From Octopus sinensis (lineage: Eukaryota): a stretch of 64,000 bases of DNA. The notes beneath the pieces were generated by a model, which saw only the letters and a list, made by a program, of their open reading frames with translations, searched no databases and had not been told where the DNA came from. A program made the position numbers and the translations under genes. The stretch spans positions 49,600,001-49,664,000 of the forward strand of contig NC_043005.1 of NCBI RefSeq assembly GCF_006345805.1. The letters run 5' to 3'. Positions within the stretch are counted from its first letter, which is position 1. The number at the start of each line of letters is the position of its first letter. This document shows, one piece after another, positions 12,976 through 25,867 of this stretch.

Positions 12976-13734
12976 ATCTACATCAATAAACCTTACATTT
13001 TAACCTAGCAATAAGCATGAAGGCATCTATATTTTAACTGACAAGAAATACTGATGGAATATCCAAATTAAAAGATCCATCAGATTCTTTGGTGAGGTAT
13101 TGTTTTCTGGGAGAAAATGCAAAAAATGCATGCTGCTATGGAAGGTAACTTTCCTGCTAATGGGAATATTACATATAATGTCAAGACAGCAAGTTGGCAG
13201 AGTCATTAGCACACCAGGTAAAATGCTGCTAAGAATTTTGTCTGCTTTTATATTCTGAGTTCAAATTCTGCCAAGATTGTTTTTGCCTTTCATTTTTTGG
13301 AGGTTGGTAAAACAAGTAGCAGTTGAGTACTGAGGTCACTGTAATTGACTTACTCCCTGTCCTGAAAATCCTGTACCAAAATTTGAACCAATTTTACATC
13401 CAATGTCAGCTATATATAAACAATGACATTAAATACTCTGATAGGTTTCAGTTTTCTCCTATAAGAAATAAGTGTACAATGTCACGTCACCAAATATTTT
13501 ATGATAATCTTAAGGAGTTGTTCTTACAGAGATAGCCTTGTTTCATCAAATAGAACAAATTTAATTCAAATAAAAAGAAAATAAAAAAATAATTTCTCTA
13601 TGTATATTCTGTACGAAGTTATCTGACATTTATCAATGAGTTTTTATGTCAAAGAGTCTATTAGTTACATTTCTTTTTCCACTCCAATATGCTTGTAATC
13701 TGTAATGTTTTTTTTCTAAACATTAACTACACAG

Positions 13735-13916
13735 GTCAAGAACGATTTGGTAACATGACACGAGTGTACTATAAAGAGGCTGTTGGAGCATTTGTAGTGT
13801 TTGATGTAACAAGGGTACCAACATTTGAGGCTGTGGTTAAATGGAAAAATGACTTAGACAGTAAGGTTCAGTTACCAGATGGCAGCAATATACCATGTGT
13901 ATTACTAGCAAATAAG
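13735..13916 (+). CDS. RAB32: Rab32/38 exon (switch II to G4)
   Basis: CAG acceptor ending 13734; encodes (G)QERFGNMTRVYYKEAVGAFVVFDVTRVPTFEAVVKWKNDLDSKVQLPDGSNIPCVLLANK; donor GTAAGT at 13917. Confidence 0.98.
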
Positions 13917-14296
13917 GTAAGTCAATATTTCATCAAGTTTTTTTTTTCTAACACTCTGTTGACTATGACAATGATAGTTTCAGTTGATCCAATCAATGGA
14001 ACAACCTATTCATGAAATTAATGTGCAAGTGACTGAGCACTCCACAGACACTTGTACCCTTAACATAGTTCTTAGGAAGATTCAGGATGACAGAAAATGA
14101 GACAAGGCTGGCCCTTTGAAATACAGCTTCTACTCATTTTCACCAGCCGAGAGGACTGGAGCAGTGTGAAATAAAGTGTCTTGTTCAAGGATACAATGTG
14201 CCCCAGGAAATCAAACTGATGACCATACAGTCATGAACTGAGTATCCTTAATACTAAACCACAAACCTTTGCCAATTACAACTTTAAATAACCTGA

Positions 14297-15530
14297 ATCC
14301 TTCATTCACACTATGCCAAACCTATGGCTTCAAAATACTTGATCCACCAGAACTCAGCTATCGCGGACAATGCCAAATTCAATATTTTGATGGCAGATCT
14401 TGTCAGAATAATGCGAAATGTGTCCCACATGCGTGACCTGACAGAGTTAAAGAGACACATACAACATTTCGTTCACCGCATGCAGTTCTCAGGTTACAGC
14501 CGTAAAGAAAGGATCAGAGTATACAAAGGAGCCAGGAAGAAATTTGATACTATCATATGTAATAATATAAATGGGATTTGCCCACTCTATAGGAGCAAGT
14601 CATAGAACACTATTGAAAGGACCAAGAAGAAAATACGGAAGGCCAACTCTTGGTATGATAGCCACAAATACCAGAGTGTCATGTTCGTCGACACCACCCC
14701 TAGAGGTGAACTGGCATACCGCTTTAGAGGGGCCCTAGACAAACATAAGCTAAAGATTAAGGTTGTTGAAAGGCCAGACAGCCCTATCAAATCCCTAATC
14801 GGTAGAACCTACCCTTTTAGTAGAACCCCCCGTATGGATAGGAACTGTACTGTGTGTAGATTTAGCCCACAAACAAACTGTAAAGCCAGAAATGTAGTCT
14901 ATAGTATAAGATGTACAGAGGGATGATACAGTAACAAGACAACGACGTATGTAGGGGAAATGGCACGGAGCATAGAAGAGCGGGTAAATGAACATTGGAG
15001 AGAACTTAAGGAAGAAAAGAGCTCATGGGTTCTGTACCAGCATGCCGAGCAGGAACATGGGGGCTCACTCAACAACATAGAAGTTAAAATCTTGTCCACA
15101 CATAGAACAGATGCAACACTTAGACAAATTACAGAAGCTACACACATAATAGAAGATAAACCTAGCCTGAATAGGAAACTGGAATGGAATACTAGCTCAC
15201 ACCCCCAACACACCACAACATATGACAGAATAAGATCTCCATAAACTGATAACAATATAAACAAAGCATGCGCAAATAAAGACACATACAATAGAAATAC
15301 AAAATACAAAATGGCTGACCATTAGTAAGGAGAGACAGACAAATAAGAAAGATGAAAGCAAAGGACCACTGATGAGGTCACAGAAGTGTGACGAAAGAAC
15401 TCTGGCCGAAATAAGATTAAGATTAATCTAAAAAATAAATAAAGCTGAAGCAAATTAACACCAAATATATAGTGCATGTTTTTATTGGCTAAATTGGCAA
15501 CATGACCATTCCTAAATACAACAATATATA
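14297..15530 (+). mobile_element. 5'-truncated Penelope-like retroelement (RT thumb, Cys linker, GIY-YIG endonuclease, 3' pLTR)
   Basis: ORFs 14324-14605, 14681-14926 and 14960-15244 share one frame, broken only by two stops; motifs HYAKPMASKYLIHQNSA, FSGY, FVDTTPRGEL, CTVC, NVVYSIRC...YVGEMARSIEERVNEH (GIY-YIG); hammerhead motif downstream. Confidence 0.92.
15364..15407 (+). ncRNA. Minimal type I hammerhead ribozyme in PLE terminus
   Basis: CCA / CTGATGA (15369-15375) / G-GTCAC-agaagt-GTGAC / GAAA / G-aa-C-TC / TGG: conserved core, 5-bp stem II with one bulged G, 3-bp stem I, CUC cleavage triplet; stem III too short for a monomer. Confidence 0.65.
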
Positions 15531-15556
15531 TATACATATATACTACGTAAGTTACA

Positions 15557-16500
15557 CATCATCATCGTTTAACATCTGCTTTCCATGCTGGCATGGGTTG
15601 AACAGTTTGACTGAGGACTGGTGAGCCAGATGGCTGCACCAGGCTCCAATCTGATCTGGCAGTAAGGTGATGCTGGTAACGATCATGCTCAAATGGTGCT
15701 TTTTACCTGACACTGGCACGGGACCCAGTCACCAGCCATGGCAACGATCATGCTCTTCGATTTCACTTGCTTCAACAGATCTTTACAAGCTGAGTTTAGT
15801 GTCCAATGAAGGAAAGGTATGCCTAAGTGGGCTGGTTACACCACTGGAATAGGCCACAGATTATGGCCTCACTTGGCTTGCCGGATCTTCTCAAGCACAG
15901 CATATTTCCAAAGGTCTCATTCACTAGTCATTGCCTCGGTGAGGCCTAATGTTCAAAGGTCATGCTTCACCACCTCATCCCAGGTCTTCCTGGGTCTACC
16001 TCTTCCAAAGATTCCCTCAACTGCTAGGGTGTGACACTTTTTCACACAGCTATCCTCATCCATTCTCACCATATGACCATACTAGCACAGTCGTCTCTCC
16101 TGCACACCACATCTGATGTTTCTTAGGTCCAACTTTTCTCTCAAAGCACATACACTCTGTCGAGTATGCACACTGACATTACACATCCAGCAGAGCATAC
16201 TGGCTTCGTTCCTTCCAAGCTTACGCATGTCCTCAGCAGTCACAGCCCATGTTTCACAGCCAGGTAGCATGGCTGTTTGTACACATACATCATACAGTCT
16301 ACCTTTCACTCTGAACGAGGGGCCCTTTGTCACCAGCAGAGGTAGGAGCTCCCTGAACTTTGCCCAGGCTATTCTTATTCTAGCAGCTACACTTTCAGAG
16401 CACCCACCCCCTCTACTGACTTGGTCACCTAGGTGACAGAAGCTATCAACAACTTCTAGTTTTTCTCCTTGGAATGTGGCAGAAGTTGTTCTCTGCACAT
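15557..16500 (-). mobile_element. 5'-truncated RTE-clade LINE (ORF C-terminus, 3'UTR, (GAT)n tail)
   Basis: Minus ORF LEVVDSFCHLGDQVSRGGGCSESVAARIRIAWAKFRELLPLL...GCETWAV continues in frame past stops (YGHMVRM...GRGRPRKTWDEVV) to TGA at 15869-15871; typical RTE RT C-terminus. Confidence 0.93.
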
Positions 16501-17246
16501 TTTCAGTGTTTATTGCTCCTGAGCATCTATTATATTATACCTTGATATTGAGTGGACTGAGATCCCCATTGACGAGTCACTGATATTAAATATAGTATTA
16601 AAGGCTTACAGTATGCAAATTAACAGCTCCAGTTCTCTGTAGCTAATGGATTTGTCAAGTATATAAACAGATTGGCTGCTTATTTCTTAAGGATTATTCA
16701 CATGATGTAAACACTTCTGATGGGAACACAATAAAGTTCAGAAAATGATTATGGCTGTTCAACATTTTTTTTCAGTCAGTGGGGATATAGTTAACTTTGC
16801 CCAGTTTATATATGTAGTATATAGGTTACATATATATTGTTATATTTTGGGATGGTCATTTTTTTTTCTTGCTAAATAAACACACACACTGTGTTTTTTC
16901 TTCACTCATTTATTACTGTTTTTATTTTATCTTATGACCATTGTCTGGAAATCTTTCATCACACACCTGTGACCCCTTCAGTGACTCTCTATTCCAGTGT
17001 GAGACATATGGGGTACAGAGTTGCTGAAGAGGTCACAAGTGTGTGATGAAAGGTTTCCAGACAAAGGACATAAAATGAGAACAATAATAAACAAGTGAAC
17101 AAGGGTGTGTGTGTATTATTTGTTAAGAAAAAAAAAGACCATTGCAAAATATAACAATACCTGTTTCAATGCATGATTTCACATCAGGAATCTTGCAAAA
17201 CAAATTCATAAATGTAAAAAAGAAAAAAACCCACCCACACATGCAC

Positions 17247-17283
<37 letters not shown>

Positions 17284-18597
17284 CTCCCATACAGGTTCTG
17301 TCTACCACTTTCATTCACAAAGCATTGGTTGCTCCAGGTCTACATCATCATCATCGTTTGACGTCCACTTTCCACGCTAGCATGGGTTGGACGGTTCAAC
17401 GGTCTGGGAAGCCAGGAGGCTGCACCAAGCTCCAGTCTGATCTGGCAGTGTTTCTACAGTTTGATGCTCTTCACAATGCCAACCACTCCGTGAGTGTAGT
17501 GGGTGCTTTTTACGTGCCACCGGAACAGGAGCCTGAGGAGGCTGGCAACGGCCATGATTGTTTGGTGCTGGTGGCGCTGGCATCGGCCACGTTTTGATGG
17601 TGCTTTTTACATGCCAACAGCACTGGTATCACAACTACAATTTCCATTTGATTTTTATTTTGATGTTGATGTTGATATACTTGACTCAATAAGTCTCCTC
17701 AAGCACAGCAGGTCACCCTACAATCCAAGGTAAGCACAGCAGGTCTACGATAGAAGACTGAACCCAAAACCATGTGGTTGGAAAGTGAGCTCCTTCCTTC
17801 ACCAAACAGTCATACCTGTATAATCAATCCATTTCCATTATTTTATACTGGAATTTCATTTATTAAACAAAAAGAGCTGGAACTAAAGACAGTTCTTGTG
17901 ATTCAAATTCTTTGAGGTGTAGCACTGCAAAGAAACATCTGGACCATTTCTTTCTATGCAGTGTCATCTTCATTGCTACAATGTCTGAAAATTAAAATAA
18001 CAATCACTAATACTAGTAAATTAGCTTCGTTATTTAGATCAATTAATTAGGCTAATAACACACCTGACACTCACCTACATACTACTATTGCTATCATTTA
18101 ACTAACCCATTGCAACCCATACAAGACACAACCATAACCATTCTTGGTCATACCAATATTTATGCCATGGCTGATTTGGTGACCTGTTGTAATTATTTGT
18201 CTTAGTGTCTGCAATGTTGAACTGTTACTTCTACTGTTGCTACTTTTCATAGTGACATAACTACAAGCGGTGATTTTCTTCCATGAACTGTAATTTCTGT
18301 CAAGTTTTCAGAGTGATGTAAGGTTTGGGGTAGTGTGTGTGTGCGTGAGCGTGTGTGTGTATGTGTAGGAAAGGGGTAACATTGTCGCCTGATGAACAGG
18401 AACGTCTCTAGTGAGCTATAATTATATCAAGCCAATCAAACGCAGTGTCAGGAATCTTAGCTTTTTCTTTTCAATGTATCTCTTTCAGACATACATATAC
18501 AAACTCACACACACTCTCTCTCTCTCACTTTTTACTCTCTATCCCATCTATTTCCTCTTCCATTCACAATTCCTGTCTTTCTCTATTACTTCCTCCT

Positions 18598-18634
<37 letters not shown>

Positions 18635-19000
18635 CCTCTATTACTTTCTTTTTGCTTCTCTAAAATTTTCTTCCTCTCTTTATAACTTCCTTTGTTTTTT
18701 CCCCCATAACTTCCTCCCTCTTGCTCTTTATTATTTTCTTTGTTTCTTTAATACTTTCTTCCCCCTCTCTTCTCCATTATTCCATTCTTCTCCTCTCCTG
18801 TAACATAGAACCAAGTTGGAATTTACGAATGAAAAGTGAGCAATATTGAGATTGGATTCATTAAAATAAGACAGGACTTGTGTATATTATTGCAATATCA
18901 CTGTGTTATTTATTGGTTTTTAACCCTTCTGCTGTGGAGATCAGATATATTCTGTCAAAGACACATCACTCATCACAGTGTAAAACAGTTTTATATACCA

Positions 19001-19211
19001 TTACTCTTTTACTTGTTTCAGTCATTTGACTGCGGCCATGCTGGAGAACCACCTTTAGTTGAGCAAATCGACCCCAGGACTTATTCTTTGTAAGCCTAGT
19101 ACTTATTCTATCGGTCTCTTTTTGCCGAACCGCTAAGTTACGGGGACGTAATCACACCAGCATCGGTTGTCAAGCAATGTTGGGGAGACAAACACAGACA
19201 CGCAAACATAT

Positions 19212-19266
<55 letters not shown>

Positions 19267-19429
19267 CGATGGGCTTCTTTCAGTTTCCGTCTACCAAATT
19301 CACTCACAAGGTTTTGGTCGGCCCAAGGCTATAGTAGAAGACACTTGTCCAAGGTGCCACACAGTGGGACTGAACCCAGAACCATGTGGCTGGTAAGCAA
19401 GCTACTTACCACACAGCCACTCCTGCGCC
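19001..19429 (-). mobile_element. Full-length CORE-type tRNA SINE with internal (CA)n/(TA)n (family B); other copies include 8900-9200, 25450-26055, 27440-27770, 32795-33175, 46820-47205 and 52870-53245
   Basis: Head ggcgcaggagtggctgtgtggtaagtagcttgc, B-box gggttcagtccc, CORE-like segment resembling cttgggcaagtgtcttc, internal microsatellite, tail gactgaaacaagtaaaagagtaa. Confidence 0.85.
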
Positions 19430-20737
19430 ATTCTATCTTTTGTTAAGGAATGTCATGTTTGAAACTATTTTTGAGAGGATATGTGACTTGCAGAAAATAC
19501 CAGTTCTATATTTTGGTGGATATCTAACATCATTACTGGAATAAACATAAAATTTAATTTCGCAGTTAAAGGGTTAAGAAGGTTGGTAGGGAGAAAGTAG
19601 AGGGAGATAACCTCCTTCATTTCATTAGTATAATTGTGATGCTATACCTGCTATTATGAGTATGGCTAATGGTATTCATGCCTTCAGAGGAGCAAAATAT
19701 ACAGGACATTATTAGTTCATATGTGCACACAATTCTATTCATAGTAATTTCACAACCTTCTCCTTTCAGTTGGCTGTGTGGTAAGAAGCTTACTTCCCAA
19801 CTACATAGTTCTAGGTTCAGTCCCACTGTGTGGAACCTAAGGCAAGTGCCTTCTATTATAGCCTTGGGCCAACAAAGCCTTGTGAGTAGATTTGGTAGAA
19901 GGAAGCTGAAAGAAGCCTGTTGTATATATATGCATATGTATATATAAGGAATAATCCTGCTTAGCATCTGTGTTTATGTTGGGAATGTTGTATCTAATCT
20001 ATTGTGGCCAGCAAACCAACTTATAGATGTAACTTTCAATCTACACACACATATATATATGTGATAGTGTGTGTCAAAGTTGTGTGAGAATTTTTTGTAT
20101 ACATTAGATATATGTGCAACTTGCTTATTTTATTGACTACCCATACAAATACATACTTGTCAGTTAATACATGCATTTATGAATGACAAATATCTTCCTC
20201 AGACCCATACGAGTGATTCTGAAGAAGCTGTTTGATGCCACACTAGCACTCAACTCTGGGTGCACTGTTACATATAGCAGAAACATACTATAAGCTAATG
20301 AAAATTGATTATGTAACTCCTGTTCTTTTATCCTTCATCTATTAATTAATATTACTGCAAGCTGGCAGAATCGCAAGAATGCCAGGCAAAATGCTTAGTG
20401 GTATTTTGTTCACCTTTACATTCTGAGATCAAATTCTGCCAGGGTCAACTTTTTTTTTCATTCTTTCAAGGGCGATAAAATAAGAACCAGTTGAGCACTG
20501 GGGTCGATGTAATCAACTTACCTTCTCCCCTAAAATTGCTGGCCTTGTGCTAAAATTTGAAACCAATATTACTGTCTATACTGATCTGCTAGTTTATATA
20601 AAAGTCTGGAACAGAACATCTACCAATGCACATTTCCTTGCCACCAGAGCTCATTAATATTGTGAAGTGTAAGCATTTTGAGTTCTAACAACTTGTTATT
20701 GATGTCACTGGTCCAACAGAATAATTTTATGTATCTA

Positions 20738-20774
<37 letters not shown>

Positions 20775-21060
20775 TACTGGAAATAGATATACATAAAGCG
20801 GAGTAACCATGTATCTTTTCTATAGCAAGACACTTGGGCTTGTCTCTCTCTATCATATTTTAGAACACCTATCATAAAGCTGCTTCCCACTTAGTCAAGG
20901 GGGCTTTTTCCTACTTGTACATTACTTGGCAGGCAATGCCACATTAAAGTATCCATGTGGTGCCATGTAAAAGCGCCCGCATGGCACCATGTTAAGGTAC
21001 CTATACAGCACCATATAAAGGTACCCGTGCTACATCATGTAAAAGTGCCTGTGTGAAGTC

Positions 21061-21550
21061 ATGTAAAAGCACCCAGCACACTCTGTGAAGTGGTTGACAT
21101 TTGGAAGAGCATCCAGCCATAGAAACCATTGCCAAATCACACTGGAACCTGTTGTAGCTCCCCAGCTTGCCAGGTTTGGTCAAACTGTCCATTATATACA
21201 AGCATGGCCAATTGACATTAAATGATGATGATGATAATGTAAAAAGCACCCAGTACACTCTGTGAAGTGGTTGACATTTGGAAGAGCATCCAGCCATAGA
21301 AACCATTGCCAAATCTCACTGGAACCTGTTGTAGCTCCCCAGCTTGCCAGGTTTGGTCAAACTGTCCATTATATACAAGCATGGCCAATGGACATTAAAT
21401 GATGATGATGATAATGTAAAAAGCACCCAGTACACTTTGTAAAGTTGCTGAGACTATGAAAGACATCCAGCCATAGAAATCATGCCGAAGATGACATTTT
21501 TCATCATGGAAAATAAATGTTAAATGATGTTGTTGATGATCGTGATGATG
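21061..21550 (+). repeat. About 177-bp tandem duplication (2 near-identical units plus 1 diverged) of an RTE-tail element
   Basis: Units start at 21061, 21237 and 21414; the first two differ at only a few positions. Confidence 0.9.
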
Positions 21551-22978
21551 ATGAATATATACTACCTGGAAGGTGGTGAGCTGGCAGAAACATTAGCCTG
21601 CTGGGCAAAATGCATAATGGCATATCACCCATCTGCACATTCTGAGTTCAAATTCTGCTGAGGTTGACTTTATCTTTCACCCTTTTGGGGGTTGATAAAA
21701 TAAGTACCGGTTGAGCAGTCAGGTCAATATAAGCGACTTACCCTGCCCACAAAATTGCCAAAATTTGAAATCTGTATATACTACCTGGAGATATATAAAC
21801 TTCACAATTATAGATTGATTTTTAGCTAGTTGTGCGTGTGTGTATGTGTGCGTGTGCGTGTGTGCATGTTGTATGTACATGTACATTTATGTTATTGTTG
21901 AAAAATAGGTAAATCCCATTCATACAGGCCTATGACCAAAGTTATTCCAGCTGTGAATATAGCATTTATTTAGGCATTTCGAGAGCTACATTCTCTAACG
22001 TTCTCTCCCTTTTCTTTACTTTTGCAATATGTGATTTGAAGAAAATTTGGTTTCTATTTCTAGCAGGGTTAAGTGACTAGGTAAAGGCTTCCTCACTGGT
22101 TCATATATTTGTAAGAGTAAGGCGGTGAGCTGGCAGAAACGTTAACACACCAGGCGAAATGCTTAACAGTATATCGTCTGTCTTTATGTTCTGAGTTCAA
22201 ATTCTGATGAGTTTGACTTCGCCTTTCATCCTTTCATGATCGATAAATTAAGTACCAGTTGCATACTGGGGTCGATCTAATCAACTGCCCCCCACCCCCC
22301 AAAAAAATTTCGGTTCTTGTGCCTAGAGTTGAAAAAAAAAATATTTGTAAGTGTGTATACATGTATATGTATGCATGTGTGCATACAGATGTCTGTACAA
22401 ATGTGTATGTGTTTTTTGTTTACAGATGTATGTTTGTGTGCATATGCACAGTTTTATATGTGCCATCATTTTCATCATTTAATGTCCATTTTCCATGCTG
22501 GAAGTGATCGCAGAGCAACATGAAATGAAGCATTTTGCTCAAGAATACAACACACTGCCTGATCTGTGAATCAAAAGCATGATCTTATGATCACAAATGC
22601 AACAACCTAACCACAAGGACTTGTGCTTCCACTCTTACTCTTGTACATTTTTAACTGCCCTCTCTTTTGAACAATTGATTGAAACTTCTGTTTTACCTAA
22701 AGAAAGGAAACAAAACTCTAGCAGTAATTGTTAGCGGCTTCTCAAAGAGAAGGGGGAGATAATTCCCAAAAATTAAAATTCATTATCATGAAATTCATTT
22801 GCAGTCTTAGATGAAAAATTTCGACCATTGTTAGCAAACAGTATGACAGCTTTAGACATGTTTTTAGTATTATTGCACTCTAAAAGGTGCCAGGCTAGTA
22901 GAGTTGCTAGCATGTCGAACAAAATGCTTAGCAGCTTTTCTTTCACTTACAATTCTTTAGCAGAATTTCTTTCCCTTG

Positions 22979-23210
22979 TAAGGCGGCGAGCTGGCAGAAA
23001 CGTTAGTGCTCCGGGCGAAATGCTTAGCAGTATTTCGTCTGCTGTTATGCTCTGAGTTCAAATTCCGCTGAGGTCGACTTTGCCTTTCATCCTTTCGGGG
23101 TCGATAAATTAAGTACCAGGTACGCACTGGGGTCGATGTAATCGACTTAATCCCTTTGTCCTTGTTTGTCCCCTCTATGTTTAGCCCCTTGTGGGTAGTA
23201 AAGAAATAAA
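22979..23210 (+). mobile_element. Young tRNA-derived SINE (family A, Nin/Deu-like core), nested in an older copy of the same family
   Basis: A-box TGGCAGAAACG, B-box GAGTTCAAATTCC, core gcctttcatcctttcggggtcgataaa, CpGs intact, perfect 15-bp TSD AATTTCTTTCCCTTG (22964-22978 / 23211-23225). Confidence 0.9.
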
Positions 23211-23959
23211 AATTTCTTTCCCTTGCACATCCTGAGTTCAAATTTCAATGAGGGGAAATTTGCCTTTCGTCTTTTTGGAGGTCGATAAAATAAGTATTAA
23301 CTGAGCACAGGGGTTGATGTAACTGATACCCCTTTCCCCCCAAAAATAGTTGGCCTCGTGCCAAAATATAAAACAATTATTAAATTCTACAGAAAGAGTT
23401 ATGAAGATTTATAAAAATATAAATATTACATTCAATTGATTGTTATGGAGCTTACAAAAAATAATATAAGCTTTTGAATTTGAAAAACAATGCAATCTAG
23501 TGCAGTGTAACAAAATAAAAAAAAAAAAGAAAAGCCACAAAGATTTCAGTTGTGCACGGCAAATATTTTGAAAACTAAGAAAATCTACTGTGTTTTGGAA
23601 TTTGTTCTAATTTTTTCATAAAAAAAACATATAAATTTAGTCACATGTTAGATAATAATATACATCACAATGAAGTAATGATAAGTTTTCAGGTACATTG
23701 TGGTTGAACTGATTAACTAGTAGTTATGAGTAATAGAAACATAATATGATAAAGAGCAAGAAGGAGGCGCTAGCAATAGCGGATGAAGAAGAAGAAGAAT
23801 TAGTAAAAGGAGGAAAGAAATAATCAGAGGTGGAGAAATAAGAGAACAAAAGAAAAGGTGAAACTTAATGGGATCATAGAAGTGGGTCAAAGCTGGGTGG
23901 ATGAATGTATATGATTAGTGAAATTTGGTATTTAAAGATGTTAGTGTGTGTTTAATTTG

Positions 23960-24039
23960 AATAACAACAACAACAACAACAACGATGTTGTTATTATTAT
24001 TATTATTTTATTATTATTATTATTATTTTATTATTATTA

Positions 24040-24074
<35 letters not shown>

Positions 24075-24075
24075 G
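23960..24075. repeat. (AAC)n/(ATT)n microsatellite; representative of many (TA)n, (CA)n, (GA)n, (GAT)n and (TAA)n tracts (e.g. 48-88, 25745-25890, 55556-55606)
   Basis: Directly visible simple repeats. Confidence 0.97.
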
Positions 24076-24722
24076 AAGACAGTAAGCAGGCAGAATTGTT
24101 AGCATGCCAGACAAAATGATTACATTCTGAGTTCAAATTCCACTGAGGTCAACTTTGCCATTCATCCCTTTGGGGTCGATAAACACTGGGGTTGATGTAA
24201 TCAACTATTCCCTTCCCCTCAAATTTCAGGCCTTGTGCCTTTAGTAGAAAGGATTATTATTATTATTATTATTATTATTATCATTATTATTATTATTATT
24301 GAAGGAAGGTGGTGAGCTAGCAGGAACATTAGCATGCCGAGCAAAATGCTTAGCAGTATTTCACCGGTCTTTACATTCTGAGTTCAAATTCCACCGAGGT
24401 CGACTTTGCCTTTCATCCTTTTAGGGTAAATAAATTAAGTACCAGTTGTGTACTAGGGTCGTTCTCTAATCGACTGGCCACCCCTCTCCCAAAATTTCAG
24501 GCCTTGTGCCTATAGTACAAAAGATTATCGTTATTGAAGGCAATAAGCTGGCAGAATCGTTATCATGCCAGACAAAATGCGTAGTTCAGATTTTTACCTT
24601 TCAAATGTTTACCTTTCATCTTTTCAGGCTCAATGAAATAAATACCAGTCATGTACTGGGGTCGATATAATCAACTATCCCTCTCCCCCAAAATATCAGG
24701 CCTTGTGCCTATCATAGAAAGA

Positions 24723-24754
<32 letters not shown>

Positions 24755-25440
24755 GGTGGCAAGCTTGTAGGATCATTAGCACACTGGGCAAGATGCTTAG
24801 CTACATTTTACCCATCTTTATGTTCTGAGTTCAAATTCTGCCAGGATCAACTCTACCTTTCATCCTTTCAGAGTTGATAAATTAATTACCAGTTGAGTAC
24901 TGGAGTTGATGTAATCGACTTAGCTTCTTTCTTGAAATTGCTGGCCTTGTGCCAAAATTTGAAACCGGTAAGGTTGCGAGCTGGTAGAAACATTAAGCAC
25001 ACTGGGCAAAATGATTAGTGGCATTTCGTCCATCTCTACATTCTGAGTTCAAATTCAGCCAACATCGGCTTTGTCTTTCATCCTTTTGGGGTTGATAAAT
25101 TAAGTACCAATGAAACACTAGGGTCAATGTAATTGACTTGCCCTCTACCCCCAAATTTCAGGCTTTGTGTCTATAGTAGAAAGGGGTGAGTTGGCAGAAT
25201 CAGTAGTGTGCCAGGCAATATGCTTAGCAGTAGTAGAATGGATTATTATTATATATATACGACTGGCTATAGTAGAAAGGATTATTATTATTATTAATTT
25301 TATTCTTATTTTTATTATTGCTGAAGATGTTGAACTGGCAGAATCGTTAGCATGCAAGATGCATAGCAGTATTTCACTCATCACTATGCTCTGAGTTCAA
25401 ATTCTGTCCCTTGCCCCAAATTTCAGGTCTTTTGCCTTTA
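24076..25440 (+). repeat. Head-to-tail cluster of about 7 family A SINEs, several separated by (ATT)n
   Basis: Repeated unit aaggcggtgagctggcagaa...gagttcaaattc...ggccttgtgcctatagtagaaaggattattatt; similar clusters at about 36555-37190, 38440-38850 and 62763-63620. Confidence 0.88.
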
Positions 25441-25760
25441 TTATAAACAATTATTATTTTGCGAAACTGCTAAGTTGCAGGGACATAACACAACAACACC
25501 AGTTGTCAAGCAATACTGGGGGACAAAGAGAAACAAAGACACATGCACATACACACAAACAAACAATAGCACCGCCAGCAATTTTTTTTCCTCTGTCTTC
25601 CCTTCTCGGGATCTTTCCTTCTCCTTTGTTTCCGACGAAGAGCTCTGCTCGAAACATTAAAACCTCCTTCTTCCCTTCTTTCCTGAGCATCCAATAATGC
25701 TTTATTTGTTCCATGTCCTCGCATTGCTGTGTTTTTTTGTGTTTTCTTGTTTGGATTAAC

Positions 25761-25867
<107 letters not shown>

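Noticed and set aside
14215-14240. Other CTGATGA matches (here, 18389, 22204, 27330; minus strand 12710)
   Set aside because: No paired stem II followed by GAAA; they lie within SINEs or at the MITE edge.
17985-18075. Intron-like segment on the minus strand (G|GTGAGT...ttttcag)
   Set aside because: The flanking sequence gives no convincing ORF; such signals occur by chance in AT-rich DNA. An antisense lncRNA cannot be excluded without RNA data.
18411-18803. 130-aa Ser/Leu/Phe-rich ORF (and overlapping 72-aa ORF)
   Set aside because: Translation of a (CT)n/pyrimidine low-complexity tract; no splice signals or domain.
22979-23060. tRNA-like A and B boxes here and in many other places
   Set aside because: These are SINE heads continuing into SINE cores; no complete cloverleaf, so no tRNA gene was called.
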